Origin: Raja brachyura
Taxonomy: Eukaryota
DNA: 64,000 bases
Assembly (NCBI GenBank): GCA_963514005.1
Contig: OY740782.1
Location: 85,808,001 to 85,872,000, forward strand
Reading direction: 5' to 3'
Below, piece after piece: positions 48,339 to 60,421 of the stretch. The stretch's first letter is position 1. The number at the start of each line of letters is the position of its first letter. A program made the position numbers and the translations under genes. The notes beneath the pieces are model-generated. The model was not told where the DNA came from and did no database searches. It saw nothing but the letters and a program-made list of their open reading frames with translations.

Positions 48339-50084
48339 TAAGAGTTTCACAATGTTCCCATTGAGGCAGCCAAAGAATAGCCAACCAAATGCTGTTAGTT
48401 TCCCCGTCCATTCATGATCAGCCTTGGACGGAGACAAGATGGTGATTACAATGCACATTATTCATAAGGAAAAGGCCTGTAATGTCAGAGTGGAAAGGAG
48501 AACAGGAACAGATGCAACAGCAACAATGAGGTTTAACACAACTGTAAGAAGAGGTGAGGTTGAAGACAGACACAGCGCAAAGTGAAAAAGGGGCAGGACC
48601 ATCATCAGCTAGTAATGCAGCTGGAGGCTGGAGCAATCAAAATGGTGTTAAACTATTCGAGTTCTGACAAAGCAGGCTAAATATGGCATCTACATCAATA
48701 TGCAGCTGGCAGTTTGGTGTAGACACCAAGAATATTGGTATTGATATTAGCTTATAATGAAATATTTGCTGCAAAAGATACTAAAATAAATGTAATGTAC
48801 TGACATTGATATCAAGGAAGGTTTTCCTGTTTGTAACCCTGCTTGCATTGGTCAGGAAAGCAGTAAATTAGGTGGAAACACAGAGACAACATGCCCCTTT
48901 GCCCCTCCCACCCGACTAGTGACTGTGGGAGAGGCAGGTTCTACTAGATCTCATCGATTAAGACATTTAATATCTCTGTCCAAATATTTCCACCCAATTC
49001 CTTCCTCTCAATTTCCTTTGAACATCTCATGAGTATTGTATCTGCAGTAAAATATTGTATCATAAACCTGAAGCACTATTTACTTTCTTAAACTAGCTCT
49101 GCTTCAGATAATAATTAACATCTATTAGAGCCAGCCTGTCATCTTATTACAGCTTTACTGTCACTCTTCCAGATTGTTTTCTTAAGAATGGTACTTGTAT
49201 CTAAATGCATCTGCTTTATTTAATTTTTACAGACTTCATTCCACCTTATTTCCATCTTTTGTCCATGTTCCGCTCATACCCCTGATTCTGCGATGTCAAT
49301 CATGTTTGGCTTTGAAAATAGCAAGGCTACAGTTTACAAGAGAACCTGGAAGCTACTACGAAATATGATCATTTACTTTTCTGGTCCTCTTTCTGGTGCA
49401 TTAATGTGCTTTAATTCCTACACAGACATTTTTAATTCATCATAAAATGTCAATTCAAGTCGCTTCAATTTAGTAGTGGGATGTTAATCTGACTGAAATT
49501 TGATTTACTTAGAATCCTAGAATCATTTCAACCCAGAAGGGAATATTCAACCCATTGATACCAACATTTTGAAAGAACAATCCATTGGTCCAATTCTCTG
49601 GTTCTAATTCCCCTGTTCTTCAAATGTCCTTTCCATCAATTGCTTTCCCAATTTATTTTGAATGTCACCATGAATCTGCTTCCACTTACCTTTCCAGAAT
49701 GCAATTCAGATTGTGATATCTTACTGCATAAACAGTTTTTAATAAAACATTTATTTCAGCAATTATCAAAGGAAAGGATTTTGGATCATTTACTTGATCT
49801 ACATTTGGACTACACTTGGTCTGCACTTGATGTATACTTGATCTACACCTGGACTGCACTTGAGCCTTCCTCATTTTAAGCACTGCTTTTTAAATCATCT
49901 CTCAATCATTTTTGGTTCATGGAGAACGTTCCCAGCCTTTCCAGAAATGAAAAAGAAAAAAGAAAATGATGGCAATCTTCAGTAAGTCAAGCAGTATCTG
50001 CAAAAGGAGGAACTGAATTAATGTTTAATCAAGTAAAATATGTACAAAATAAGAACTGTGCAAAATTCCTCCAACGGTCTCCAC

Positions 50085-50332
50085 GGCTATATATGCATTT
50101 GTTAATATTCTATTTGGTAGTGTTCACAAAAAAAACCATAATGATAGCCGGCACCCTTGCCAAGCACATGACCCCCTGGGGTGATATCTCCTCCCTCATT
50201 TGCAGGGCATCTCAACCACACCCTGCCCCGCAATATGCAGCAGCAGAAGGACCCTAGACTGTAGTCCTTCCCCACGGAGCCTTGGCATTGGCTGCACCAA
50301 GCTTCAGTGCATCCCTCAGCACATACTTTTCA
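50085..50332 (-). mobile_element. Tx1/L1-like LINE ORF2 C-terminus and 3'UTR fragment
   Basis: Minus-strand translation YVLRDALKLGAANAKA resembles Tx1-type C-termini; recognised from memory, not searched. Confidence 0.5.
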
Positions 50333-51031
50333 CAATGGCTTCTCCTGTTTATATGCTTTCTGCATGCTTATTCCTTTCAAACCCAGCTCCAAGCACCCCA
50401 GCGCAATGCACTGTTGGGATAACATACTGATAGCAACCAGCTGTGAAAACTCTAAAGAAAGACCCAGGGATATGGAAGTCTAAAGAAGGCCAGTTGTCTC
50501 TCATAACAATATTCTGATTTATGTTTTGTGGGCTATCTGCAATATATAATCAAAATAATCTTTGCATTAATTTCTGAGTATTCTATGTCATCATTCAATA
50601 CTTATTTATTTCTTCTGTAACCTTTATATTACGGTTGCAATTGTTATGCCTGAAACAACATGATTTTGTTCAAGTGAAGATAGACACAAAAACCTGGTGT
50701 AAAGCCCCTGTCCCACTTTCACGACCTAATTCACGACCTCTGATGACCTTAAACGACCTATTAAAAAAATCAAGGTCTCGGTAACCTACGACCTCGTACG
50801 ACCTTCCACGACTATGTCTACGACCTCCGACTATGTTGAACATCTCCGACGACTATGTTGAAGACCTCCCACGACTATGAAGAAGACCTCCTTCGACTAT
50901 GTTGAAGACTGGCTTCGACCATGTACGTTTTACTGCTGTTTGCAGTAGCCCATTTGCTTCAGCAGCCTTTTAAGAAAGGCAGAAGGGGAAGAGCAAGGGT
51001 GAAGAAGAAGCACAAGAAGAGGTCTCAATGA

Positions 51032-51152
51032 GTGAATGGAGATGATGTGATGGACTGTCCCAGTACACCAGATGACTGGAAGAGAGTGACACTGGGCTTT
51101 GACAAAAGATGGAACTTTAAGCACACGTGTGGGGCAGTGGATGGCAAGCATG
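51032..51152 (+). pseudogene. Harbinger DDE transposase fragment (HARBI1-like)
   Basis: CPSTPDDWKRVTLGFDKRWNFKHTCGAVDGKH matches the P.T..EW...F..RWNF..C.GA.DGKH motif that carries the first catalytic D. Confidence 0.85.
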
Positions 51153-51172
51153 CCATTCTTGTCCTTGTCCCT

Positions 51173-51691
51173 TTACCCCTCATTTTCCTTTTCATACAGG
51201 ATGGCATTCTGCTGGAACCATTGCTCAAGGTCCCCCTTCTGCTGCCTGGTGAAGGTGTAGGGCATAACCTTCCTCCAGCCCTCCCTCACAACCAATGGGG
51301 CATCTGCCTCTGATGCTGTGTCAGACAATGGAGAAAGGGCTGCTTTGCTGCCTTCAAATGAGGCAGTGAAGGATGGGGTGGTGGTGGGGACATAAACTAC
51401 CACCCTAGTCTCCTCCTCCAGGGATCTCTCGTGCAGGGCTACCTCCTCCTGCATTATCACCTCCTGTGGCATCACCTCCTGCCACTCCTCCTCTTGGGTG
51501 GGCACACCTGCATGCCCGTTTTTTTTTAGGGTTGTGCCCTCCCACTGCGCTGCTGCCTTTTTGGTGCCATCTCTAAAACACAAGTCTTCTCTCCAAATAA
51601 TTCTCCAGCTATGAACGAACATGCCTTGGAGTGACAGAGGTGACGTTCTGCTGTTTAAACTACCTTTTTTTTCTACTGACCTTTTTTTCAC
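51173..51691 (-). pseudogene. Probable Harbinger second ORF (Myb/SANT/MADF-like) fragment
   Basis: Acidic low-complexity region, then YTFTRQQKGDLEQWFQQNAILYEK, resembling the start of a MADF-like domain. Convergent with the transposase remnant. Confidence 0.5.
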
Positions 51692-51842
51692 CCCAGAGCT
51701 ATTACCTTCGATTGTCTCTGACCACGTACGACTAGCATCGCGACCTACTACGACCTACCTACAACCTCCTACGACCTCGTGGCGACCATGCTGCGATTAT
51801 GAGTCAAAGACAAACTCGGCAGAGGTCGTGAATTAGGTTGAG

Positions 51843-51960
51843 ACTCTTCTTAAGAAGGGTCACCCATCCTCTCTAGTGATGCTGCCTGTCCCGCTGAGTT
51901 ACTCCAGCTTTTTGTGTCTGTCTTCGGTTTAAACCAGCATCTGCAGTTCCTTCCTATACA
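51843..51960 (+). mobile_element. Penelope-type repeat; its inverted partner at 50675-50702 is separated by the Harbinger
   Basis: aagaagggtc..gatgctgcctgtcccgctgagttactccagctttttgtgtctgtcttc..ccagcatctgcagttcc. Confidence 0.75.
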
Positions 51961-53235
51961 TTTCTTTCTAGTTCTTGATTTCTTTATTGAGTTGCATCAT
52001 ATACTATAGTTTTCTATAGTCATCTAATCCATCCTATTTGGAGGTTGATAAAAGTGTAAATAACATCCAGTGTATGTATTGAGAAAAATAAAGCTATACC
52101 AAAACCATAGTAAAAAGCAACAAGGAAAGGATGCATAGGTATACATCAGAATATTTGAAAAAGAAAAGGTTTATTTGTTCCAGCATGTGACAAAATCCCT
52201 TGTATTCAGCCTTGTCTCATTCCGTTTATAGGTTTAACAAACAAAAAGCTATTAACTGGGTTAAAATTAATCTTGAATCAAGTGATATTTACATAAATGT
52301 TCGAAGTTGCTACTTTCCTCTAATAGGAGTGATTCCTAACTTCATACGTGAATTATTTGATTCTATTTTCCATTAGTTCTTGACTGTGCAACCGTAGGAA
52401 TTAAATTTTCTTTATCTATCCTATCAGTTTCCATTAACACCTTGAAAAAATTGACTAAATCATCCCTGAAGTTTTTAAATTGCTGTGAATTCAATCTTCA
52501 TATTTTAACGTTAAGAGACCGAGATTTAGTTGGGTGAATTCATTCTTCACTCCCTCCAAAGTCTTCTATAGTTTGATGCCAGAACTCTTGGTGTAGTCTA
52601 TATGGGAGTAATCTAGAGCTCCATCAATATGTTGATATCTTTACATAACATTTTAAAATTGATGTAGACAGATGCTGAAGTCACAATGAGCCTCCATTGT
52701 TTTAAGCTTTCCATTATTTACCAGATATTCTGTATTATTCTTCCAGTCCAAGTTAGATAACTTCACATTTGCCAGCATTAAAAGCATTTGCTGCAGTTTT
52801 GCAGATTTACTTAATCACATATCTCGGCAATTTTATGGTTCTGACTGTACAGCTCCCAATATTGTCCACCATTATATCTCTGGCAAACATGGATATCTGC
52901 CCTCTATCTCATCTCTCGAATTTATAAAGAGAGAAAAAAGTTGAATATCACATACAGAACTTTTGGAATCCAGGTAGTCACAGGTTGTTGAGTTGATTAT
53001 TGTCATCTCTCTGTTTCTGCCACTTAGCCAGATACCTAACCAAGTCAATAATTGGTTATCATCATCAATGTCATCAGTTTCAACTTTATTCATATTCGGT
53101 GTCATTTGAAATTCCATGAATAATATCGAGTGACAATTCCCCATCTACTACTTTAATCACCTCTTGAAATGTTTCAGTCAGGCCTGACCACACCTAATGA
53201 TCAGCTGAAAATGTTCAAGATGTTGAATCACTCTG

Positions 53236-53525
53236 GGGTGGCATGGTGACACAGTGGTAGAGCTAGTGTCTTACAGAGCCAGAGACCCCGACTATGGGTG
53301 CTTGTCTATACGGAGTTTATACGTCCCTTTGGGACTTGTGTGGGTTTTCTTCAAGAACGTCGGTTTCATCCCACACTCTAAAGACGTACAGGTTTGTAGG
53401 TTAATTGGCTTGGTACAAAAGTGTAAAAACTTGTCCCTAGTGTGTGTTGGGTAGTGTTAATGTGTGGGGATCACTGGGCAGTGCGGACTTGGTGGGCGCT
53501 GTATCTCTAAACTAAACAAAACTAA
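53236..53525 (+). mobile_element. HE1-type V-SINE
   Basis: ggtggcatggtgacacagtggtagag head, V-domain and tatctctaaactaaac tail. Confidence 0.85.
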
Positions 53526-53831
53526 GCACTCTGTCCTGAATTATAGACTATGGTAATTTTAGAACAGTCGATGTTCGGTTGACTGGCAAAATTATTTCAT
53601 GTTCTACTCTCGTCTTTCATACAATTTCTTTATGTGAAGGAATAGTTTGCACATTGGGAGAATGTTGAATGTTTATTGCAAGAGTATTTCTAATATCCAT
53701 ACTACACCCATCAATACTCTGGAATAACATGTTCAAGCACAAGGGAATTAACACTCTTTCAGGTTATTCTTCTTCACATTTTTCTGGTTAATTTTGGCAT
53801 GCTCCTGTCCTTGATTCAATACTGGCATCAC

Positions 53832-53960
53832 ATGGAACTGCAGATGCTGGTATCTTAAGCGAAAAACAAAGTGCTGGTGGAATTCAATGGGTCAGGTGGC
53901 ATAATTTCCTCCATAGATGCTTCCAGACCAGATTAGTTCCTTCAGTATTTTGTGTTTTAC
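53832..53960. mobile_element. Penelope-type inverted pair (old)
   Basis: ggaactgcagatgctgg..acaaagtgctgg and inverted gttccttcagtattttgtgtttt. Confidence 0.6.
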
Positions 53961-54806
53961 ACAATGATGTCATCCTTGGGATGTCTCGAGCCCTGTCTTT
54001 AGGTAGTCCATTGTGTGTTTGGTCCTGGGCTTCTCCAGCTGGGCTAAAGCTAGCCAGATCTCACAGGGCAATACAACTCAGACATCTCCTTTAGAAGTTA
54101 TTGAAACTATGTAACACTGAAACCAAAACAACATAACATTTTCAAAATCATATTATTAGAAGAAAGTGCAAACAAAACTGTATTACACAGGATGTTAGGA
54201 ATACAGAGGAATTAAGACACACCATAAACTATTATTGAAAATCAAGGATCTTTGCAGCTTCTTGCTGTAAAAATGTTGGATTGCCCTGAACTTTTAATAT
54301 ACCAGGGAATCACATTAGGAACAATTAATTGACATAAACCCTCCTTTTGTGCTGAACCCTTACATGTCCAGTTGAATTGTATAAAGATTAAGTTTGCAAA
54401 AGATTATGTTGATGGGGTAGATTTACAGTTTATCTGCACCTTGAATATTTCCTGCCTACTGATATTCCAATGAGAGAAAACAGATGATGGGCATTGTGAC
54501 CCTTGGCAGCTACTGTTCATTAAGGGATTTTCAAATTAACTGTAAAAAAAAGTTTTATAAAGATCCTGTGGATTTTAGTCCACTTTAGTCAATCAGGAGA
54601 TAAATTTATGTCTTCCCGATGGAGCTGCCCACTGGAGTCTACTCCTGTGTGATTGAGATCTTAACTTCTTATAACACAAGTCATTTCTAACAGGCTTCTC
54701 CTATTCTTAGTGAGACATGGTTGAGGACGGCACAGCATAGTAGAGCTGCTGTCTCATAGGTCCAGAGATGGGTTCAACCGTAACCTCCAATGCTGCTAGT
54801 ATGGAG

Positions 54807-54899
54807 GTCAGGGTCCTGAAGAAAGGTCTCATCACCACTCCTTCTCTACAGAGATGCTGCCTGTTCCGCTGAGTTACTCCAGCTTTTTGTGTCTATCTT
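54807..54899 (+). mobile_element. Penelope-type short insertion with 14-bp TSD
   Basis: TSD ctgctagtatggag at 54793-54806 and 54900-54913; contains ctgaagaaaggtctc. Confidence 0.82.
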
Positions 54900-55093
54900 C
54901 TGCTAGTATGGAGCTTGCACATTTTCCCTGTAACATTTGAGTTTCCCCAAGGTACTCTGGTTTCCGCCCACGTCTCAGAAACATTAGTTTTTGGCTCCTG
55001 CAAATTGTCCCTACTGTGTAGATTCGTGGTAGAATCTAGGAGGGTTATTGGGAGTGTGGTGAGAATAAAATGGTCCAGGAATTTGTTTGAATA

Positions 55094-56587
55094 TAGTGCA
55101 TTCTGAAAGTATTCAGACCCGTTCACTTTTTCCACATTTGTTACAGCCTTATTCAAAAATGGATTAAATTCATTTTTTTTTAATCATCAATCTCCATAAT
55201 AAAAATGCAAAAACAGATTAGACATTTTTCCAAATAATAAAAATAAATAACTGAAATATCACATTTACATAAGTATTCAGACTTCACTCAGTACTTTGTT
55301 GAGGCACCTTTGGCAGTGATTACAGCCTCAAATCTTTTGGGTATGGTGAATCAAGTTTGGCACACCTGTATTTGGGTAATTTCTCCCATTCTCTGCAGAT
55401 CCTCTCAAATTTAGTCAGGTTGGATGAGGAGCAACGATGCACAACTATTTTCAAGTCCCTCCAGAGATATTCATTGGGTTCAAGTCCGGGTTCTGGCTGG
55501 GCCACTCAAGGACATTCACAGACTTGTCATGAAGGCACTCGAGCATTGTCTTGGCTGTGTGCTTGGGCTAGTTGGCCTGTTGGAAGGTGAACCTCTGCGT
55601 CTGAGGTCTGAGGTCCTGAACACTCTGGAGCAGGTTTTCATCAAGGATCTCTCTGTACATTTCTCCATTCATCTTTCCCTCGATACTGACTAGTCTCCCA
55701 GTACCTACCACTGACAAACATCCCCACAGCATGATGCTGCCACCACCATGCTTCACCATAGGTATGGTATTGGCCAGATGATGAGCGGTGCCGGGTTTCC
55801 TCCAGACGTGACGCTTGGCATTCTGGCCAAAGAGTTCAATCTTGGCTTCATCAGACCAGAGAATCTTGTTTAGGTGCCTTCTGGCAAACTCCAAGTGGGC
55901 TTCATGTGCCTTTCACTGAGGAGTGGCTTCTGTCTGGCCACTCAAAAGGCCTGATTGGTAAAGTGCTGCAGATATAGTTGTCCTTCTGGAAGTTTCTCCC
56001 ATCTCCACAGAGGAATTCTGGAGTTCTGTCAGGGTGACCATCGGGTTCTTGGTCACCTCCCTGACCAAGGCTCTGCTCCCCCGATTGCTCAGTTTGGCTG
56101 GGCGGCCAGCTCTATCAAGAGTCCTGATGGTTCCAATGTTCTTCCATTTAAGAATGACGGAGGCCACTGTGCGCTTTGGGACCTGCAATGCTGCAGAAAT
56201 TGTTTTATACCCTTCTCCAGATCTATGCCTCGACACAATCCTGTATCGGAGGTCTACGGACAATTCCTTCGTCTTCATGGCTTGGTTTTTGGTCTAACTT
56301 GCACTGACTTATGGACTCCAATCAAGTTGTAGAAGCATCTCAAGGGTAATCAATGGGACCAGGATGAATCTAAGCTCAATTTTAAGTGTCATAGCAAATG
56401 ATCTGAATACTTATTTAAATGTGATATTTCAGTTACTTCTTTTTAATTACTTAACAAAAAATTTTAAACACCCGTTTTCGCTTCTTCATTCTGGGGTATT
56501 GCATGTAGATTGATGATAAAAAAAATGAATTTAACGTAACAAAATGTGGAAAAAGTGAAGGGGTCTGAATACTTTCTGAATGCACTG
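55094..56587 (-). mobile_element. Tc1-family DNA transposon (IR/DR type), defective
   Basis: TA flanks. TIRs of about 190 bp (agtgcattctgaaagtattcagaccc / gggtctgaatactttctgaatgcactg) with inner repeat aagtattcaga. Transposase pieces [22 protein letters not shown] and a degenerate SPDLNPIE..W. Confidence 0.95.
55320..56278 (-). pseudogene. Tc1 DD34E-type transposase, frameshifted
   Basis: ORFs 55913-56278, 55568-55894 and 55320-55505 are consecutive parts of one transposase. Confidence 0.9.
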
Positions 56588-56614
56588 TATGCTGCTCAAT
56601 GTCAACACAGATTT

Positions 56615-56926
56615 TAGGTTGTTATTAATTTAGAGATACAGCACATGAACAGGCCCTTAGGCCTACCGAGTCTGTGCCGACCAGTGATCCCTGCACACTA
56701 TCACTATCCTACACACTAGAGAACATTTACAATCTTTACCAATGCCAATTAACCTACAAACCTGTACATCTTTGGAGTGTGGGTGGAAAACAGAGCACCC
56801 AGGGGAAACCTACACGGTCACGGGGAAAACATACAAACTCCGTACGGACAGCACCTGTAGTCGGGATTGGATCCGGGTTTCTGGAGCTTTAAGGCAGCAA
56901 CTTCATCGCTGCGCCACCGTGCCGCC
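56615..56926 (-). mobile_element. HE1-type V-SINE
   Basis: Reverse complement of the head (cgctgcgccaccgtgccgcc), V-domain and tail. Confidence 0.87.
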
Positions 56927-57495
56927 TGCTTGATGGGCTGAACGACTGCTTTCTGTGTTGTACGTCGCTATGACATATCTTCCATCCCCACTGTAAATAA
57001 AGCAAAGGAACTTACATCTCCATACAATCATTTACAACATTGCCAAAATCACTTTAAAAATGCTCTGCCTAATTCTTAATCACCCTTTATTTGTTAACAT
57101 AATTGTAATTTTTTTGTTAACTGTAATATTCCTTGCAAGCATCTTTTCATACTCACTTTCTACAGCACTTTCTCGGCATTTGTAACTCAATCAACTTACA
57201 ACTACTACATTTACAAATTACTACATTTTGGTATGCTTTTTATTTTAGTTTTATATTGACTCTATGTTTTAATTGTCCACAGATTTTTTTTGTGTATTAT
57301 AAACTTATTGTGTATCATATTATATGTCTACCTTCTGGATACCTCCATTGATGTTCTGCCAACTTACATGTTAACAATTTTGTTCATTTTACCAGGGACG
57401 TTTTCTGCCTCATTCCAGTGCAATCAAGCTTACCTAAATCTATAATATTTTGTTTCACAGACTTCTAATTCAAACACGAAGAGAGCAGATTAATG

Positions 57496-57815
57496 TGGTC
57501 ATGGTGGTACAGCAGTAGAGGTGTTGCCTTACAGCGCTTGCAGTGCCAGAGACCTGTGTTCAATCCCAACTATGGGTGCTGTCTGTACGGAATTTGTACG
57601 TTCTCCCCGTGACCGCATTGGTTTTCTCTGAGATCTTTGGTTTCCTCCCACACTCCACAGGCGTACAGTTATGTAGGTTAATGGCTTGGTGTATGCAAAT
57701 TGTCCCAAATACGTGTAGGATAGTGTGAATGTGCGGGGATTGCTGGTCGGCGCGGACTCGGTGGGCCGGAGGGCCTGTTTCAGCACTGTATCTCTAAACT
57801 AAATGTAAACTAAAG
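57496..57815 (+). mobile_element. HE1-type V-SINE
   Basis: Head with gttcaatcc B box, V-domain and gggccggagggcctgtttcagcactgtatctctaaact tail. Confidence 0.87.
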
Positions 57816-58315
57816 GGATGTGCCAACAAGTTACTCACAATTTAAGTATTTACATGAATTTTAAGCTCAAAACTGACTCTGGCATTCTCCTAATCAGTTG
57901 CAAATACACTGACGGAAGATCAGAGGAATCCTTAGGTGAGCCATGTTTTTATCAAACATGCAATAAATTTACAGCAGACAATTGACAGAGCTACTGAAGA
58001 AACTCCCTATGTGTAAGGATGAGAAATATTTGTCACAACTGCTGGACAATAGAAGAAATCACACAGTTTAATTGATCACACTATGTGTTTTGTCAGGCAT
58101 CTGGTACATGGATTTTTAAATTAAAATTTCCATCTCTACTGCCAGCCTAACATATGAAGGATGCCACATAAGCAAGCAGTTAATAACATTTGCTTATTCT
58201 ACCATGGAAGACTAATTAGAGTTTAAGGAAATTAATTTAAGATTAGATTTACTTGTGATGTAATCAGGTGCAGAGTGCTGCAAAATAATGTAAATGTACA
58301 GTTGTGTGTTGAGAC

Positions 58316-58581
58316 AGTTTAGTTTAGAGATACAGCGTGGAAACCAATCCTTTTGGTTCATTTGTAAACTAGTTATATTCTTCACATTAGGGACAATTTT
58401 TACAGAAGTTAAACAACTTCCCTGCACTTCATTGGAATGTGGGTGGACACCAGAGCACCCGGAGAAAACCCACATGGTCGCAGGGAAATCATACAATCTC
58501 TGTGCAGACAACACCTGTAATCAGGATTGAACCCGGATCTCTGGCACTGGAAGGCAGCAACTCTACCGCTGCACCACTGTG
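58316..58581 (-). mobile_element. HE1-type V-SINE
   Basis: gtttagtttagagatacagcg..ccagagcacccggagaaaaccca..ctctaccgctgcaccac. Confidence 0.83.
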
Positions 58582-58789
58582 AATCTCTACCATATTTAGT
58601 TAGTATAACATCCATTGCTGCTTTCTGAAGCTTGGTTAATCTGACTCTGTAAGATTTTATTAACCAGGATCCATTCTGAAGAAAGTTTTCTTTAGAAAAC
58701 CTTGATGGTAGAGTTCACACTGATAATTGATGCCCAGTAATTCGATATCTAAAGTCATTCAATCAAAGCCTAGCATGTAGTCTCAGCTG

Positions 58790-59020
58790 AATATGAAAGA
58801 TTCCATGGTACTTATTTAAAGAAACCTGTAGAGTTATACCCTGTGGTCTGACCAATATTTATCCATCACTCAACACTACTAACATGGAATAATTGATTAT
58901 CACATCGATACTTCTGGCTGCCTACTGGGCACAAATTGGTTGCCACACTTCCTCCATTACAACAGTGGCTGTGCTTTAAAAAGTACTTGATTGATTGCAG
59001 AAGTGGTACATCTTTGGGAG
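58790..59020 (+). mobile_element. Ancient DeuSINE (AmnSINE1/SacSINE1-like) remnant
   Basis: aaagattccatgg..ccaatatttatcc..cacaaattggttgcc..cattacaacagtg..aaaagtactt follows the Deu-domain consensus as recalled. Confidence 0.7.
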
Positions 59021-59254
59021 AATCTAGAACTATTTCATTTTTCTCTTATGCAGACGAAAGTAATTTGGCCTATCAAAACTATGCAGGCTCCTATCATTCC
59101 TATTTTATCCATCATTCTATCATTCGCTTTCCCAATTATATCCCTGCAAACCAGCGACACTTTGCATACCTTGGGTATGCAAAACAAAGAATATCACTGT
59201 GGCTTGTCACATGTATCAATAAAGTGTCACTCATTCATTCATTCACCCCGCAAG

Positions 59255-59552
59255 TGTGGCATGGTGGCGCAGGGGCAACGCGATGTCACAAGGACGGCAC
59301 GGTTGCGCAGGGGCAGCGCCGGGTTCTAACCTGATTACAGGTGCTGTCTGTACGGAGTTTGTACCTTCTCCCCATGACCGAGTAGGTTTTTTCCAAGATT
59401 TTCAGTTTCCACCCACCCTCCAAAGATGAACAGGTCTACAGGTAAATTGGCTTGGTAAATGGAAAAATTGTCCTTAGTATGTGCAGGATAGTGTTAATAT
59501 GCGGGGATCGCTGGTCAGCACAGACCCGGTAGGCCGGAGGCCCCGTTTCCTA
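59255..59552 (+). mobile_element. HE1-type V-SINE with duplicated 5' head
   Basis: Two copies of ggca.ggt.gcgcaggggca.cgc, then V-domain and tail. Confidence 0.8.
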
Positions 59553-59919
59553 GATGGGCAAGACATTCTGATCCGAACCAATGAATAAAATAATAGTATA
59601 CTAAGATGAATCAAAGCCACCTCACAAACATCCTGGGACTGTGACAAAATTGGAAGAATTATCACAGCCAGGTTCAGTAAAATACTCCTATAATCATTCT
59701 CACATAATTGTACTCAAGCTCTGTTCAACCAATATTTCAGATTCCTCTTTAATTCCTGGTATCACCCTCTCACCAGTGAGAGCAACCTGATGTAGCTTCC
59801 CCTTCAGCTAATTAATAATTATTTCTTCATATTGAGCACAATTTAGCCGGGGATAGCCAAGGGACATAGAATGGATGTTGGCTGAGGCACCAATATTGAA
59901 ACTGGCCAAAACCTGAATA

Positions 59920-60150
59920 GCTATGTGTGCTGTCTGTACGGAGTTTATACATTCTCCATGTGAGCACATGTGTTCTCTCTAGGTGCTCTGGTTTAATCCC
60001 ACATTCCAAAGAAGTCCAGGTTAATTAACTTTGGTAAAATTGTCCCTCGGGTGTAGGATGCTGTTAGTGTATGGGGTGAACACTGGTCAGCTTGGACCTT
60101 GTGGGCTGATGGGCCTGTTTCCACATTGTATCTCTAATGTATAAAGTCTA
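59920..60150 (+). mobile_element. 5'-truncated V-SINE
   Basis: gtgctgtctgtacggagttt..cccacattccaaaga..gggcctgtttcc..tatctctaa. Confidence 0.8.
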
Positions 60151-60383
60151 ATTAACATCATATTGACAACAAACATAATTGGGCCAGCCTATTAATGACA
60201 AGAAAAGGTCAGAAACAAGGTGTCCTATGGCAAGTGATTCACCTCCTGACAATCCAATAGATTTCAACCATCTACGTGGAGTGTTATGGATGTCTGGATG
60301 TGTGCACCTCCACCAATACTTGAAGCTCTACTCTATCTGGAACATGCTTGATTGGAGTCCAGTCCACCATCAACAATAAATCT

Positions 60384-60421
<38 letters not shown>

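Larger units (their letters stand above)
50703..51840. mobile_element. PIF/Harbinger internal-deletion derivative with remnants of both genes; right TIR tip lost; inserted at TAA in a Penelope-type repeat
   Basis: Left TIR agcccctgtcccactttcacgacctaattcacgacctctg; right gcagaggtcgtgaattagg. Transposase piece on plus and second-ORF piece on minus. Confidence 0.85.
54726..56974 (+). mobile_element. Older V-SINE split by three nested insertions
   Basis: Head 54726-54806, V-domain and body 54900-55093, then 56590-56612, and tail gatgggctgaac..ctatgac 56930-56974 are colinear. Confidence 0.7.
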
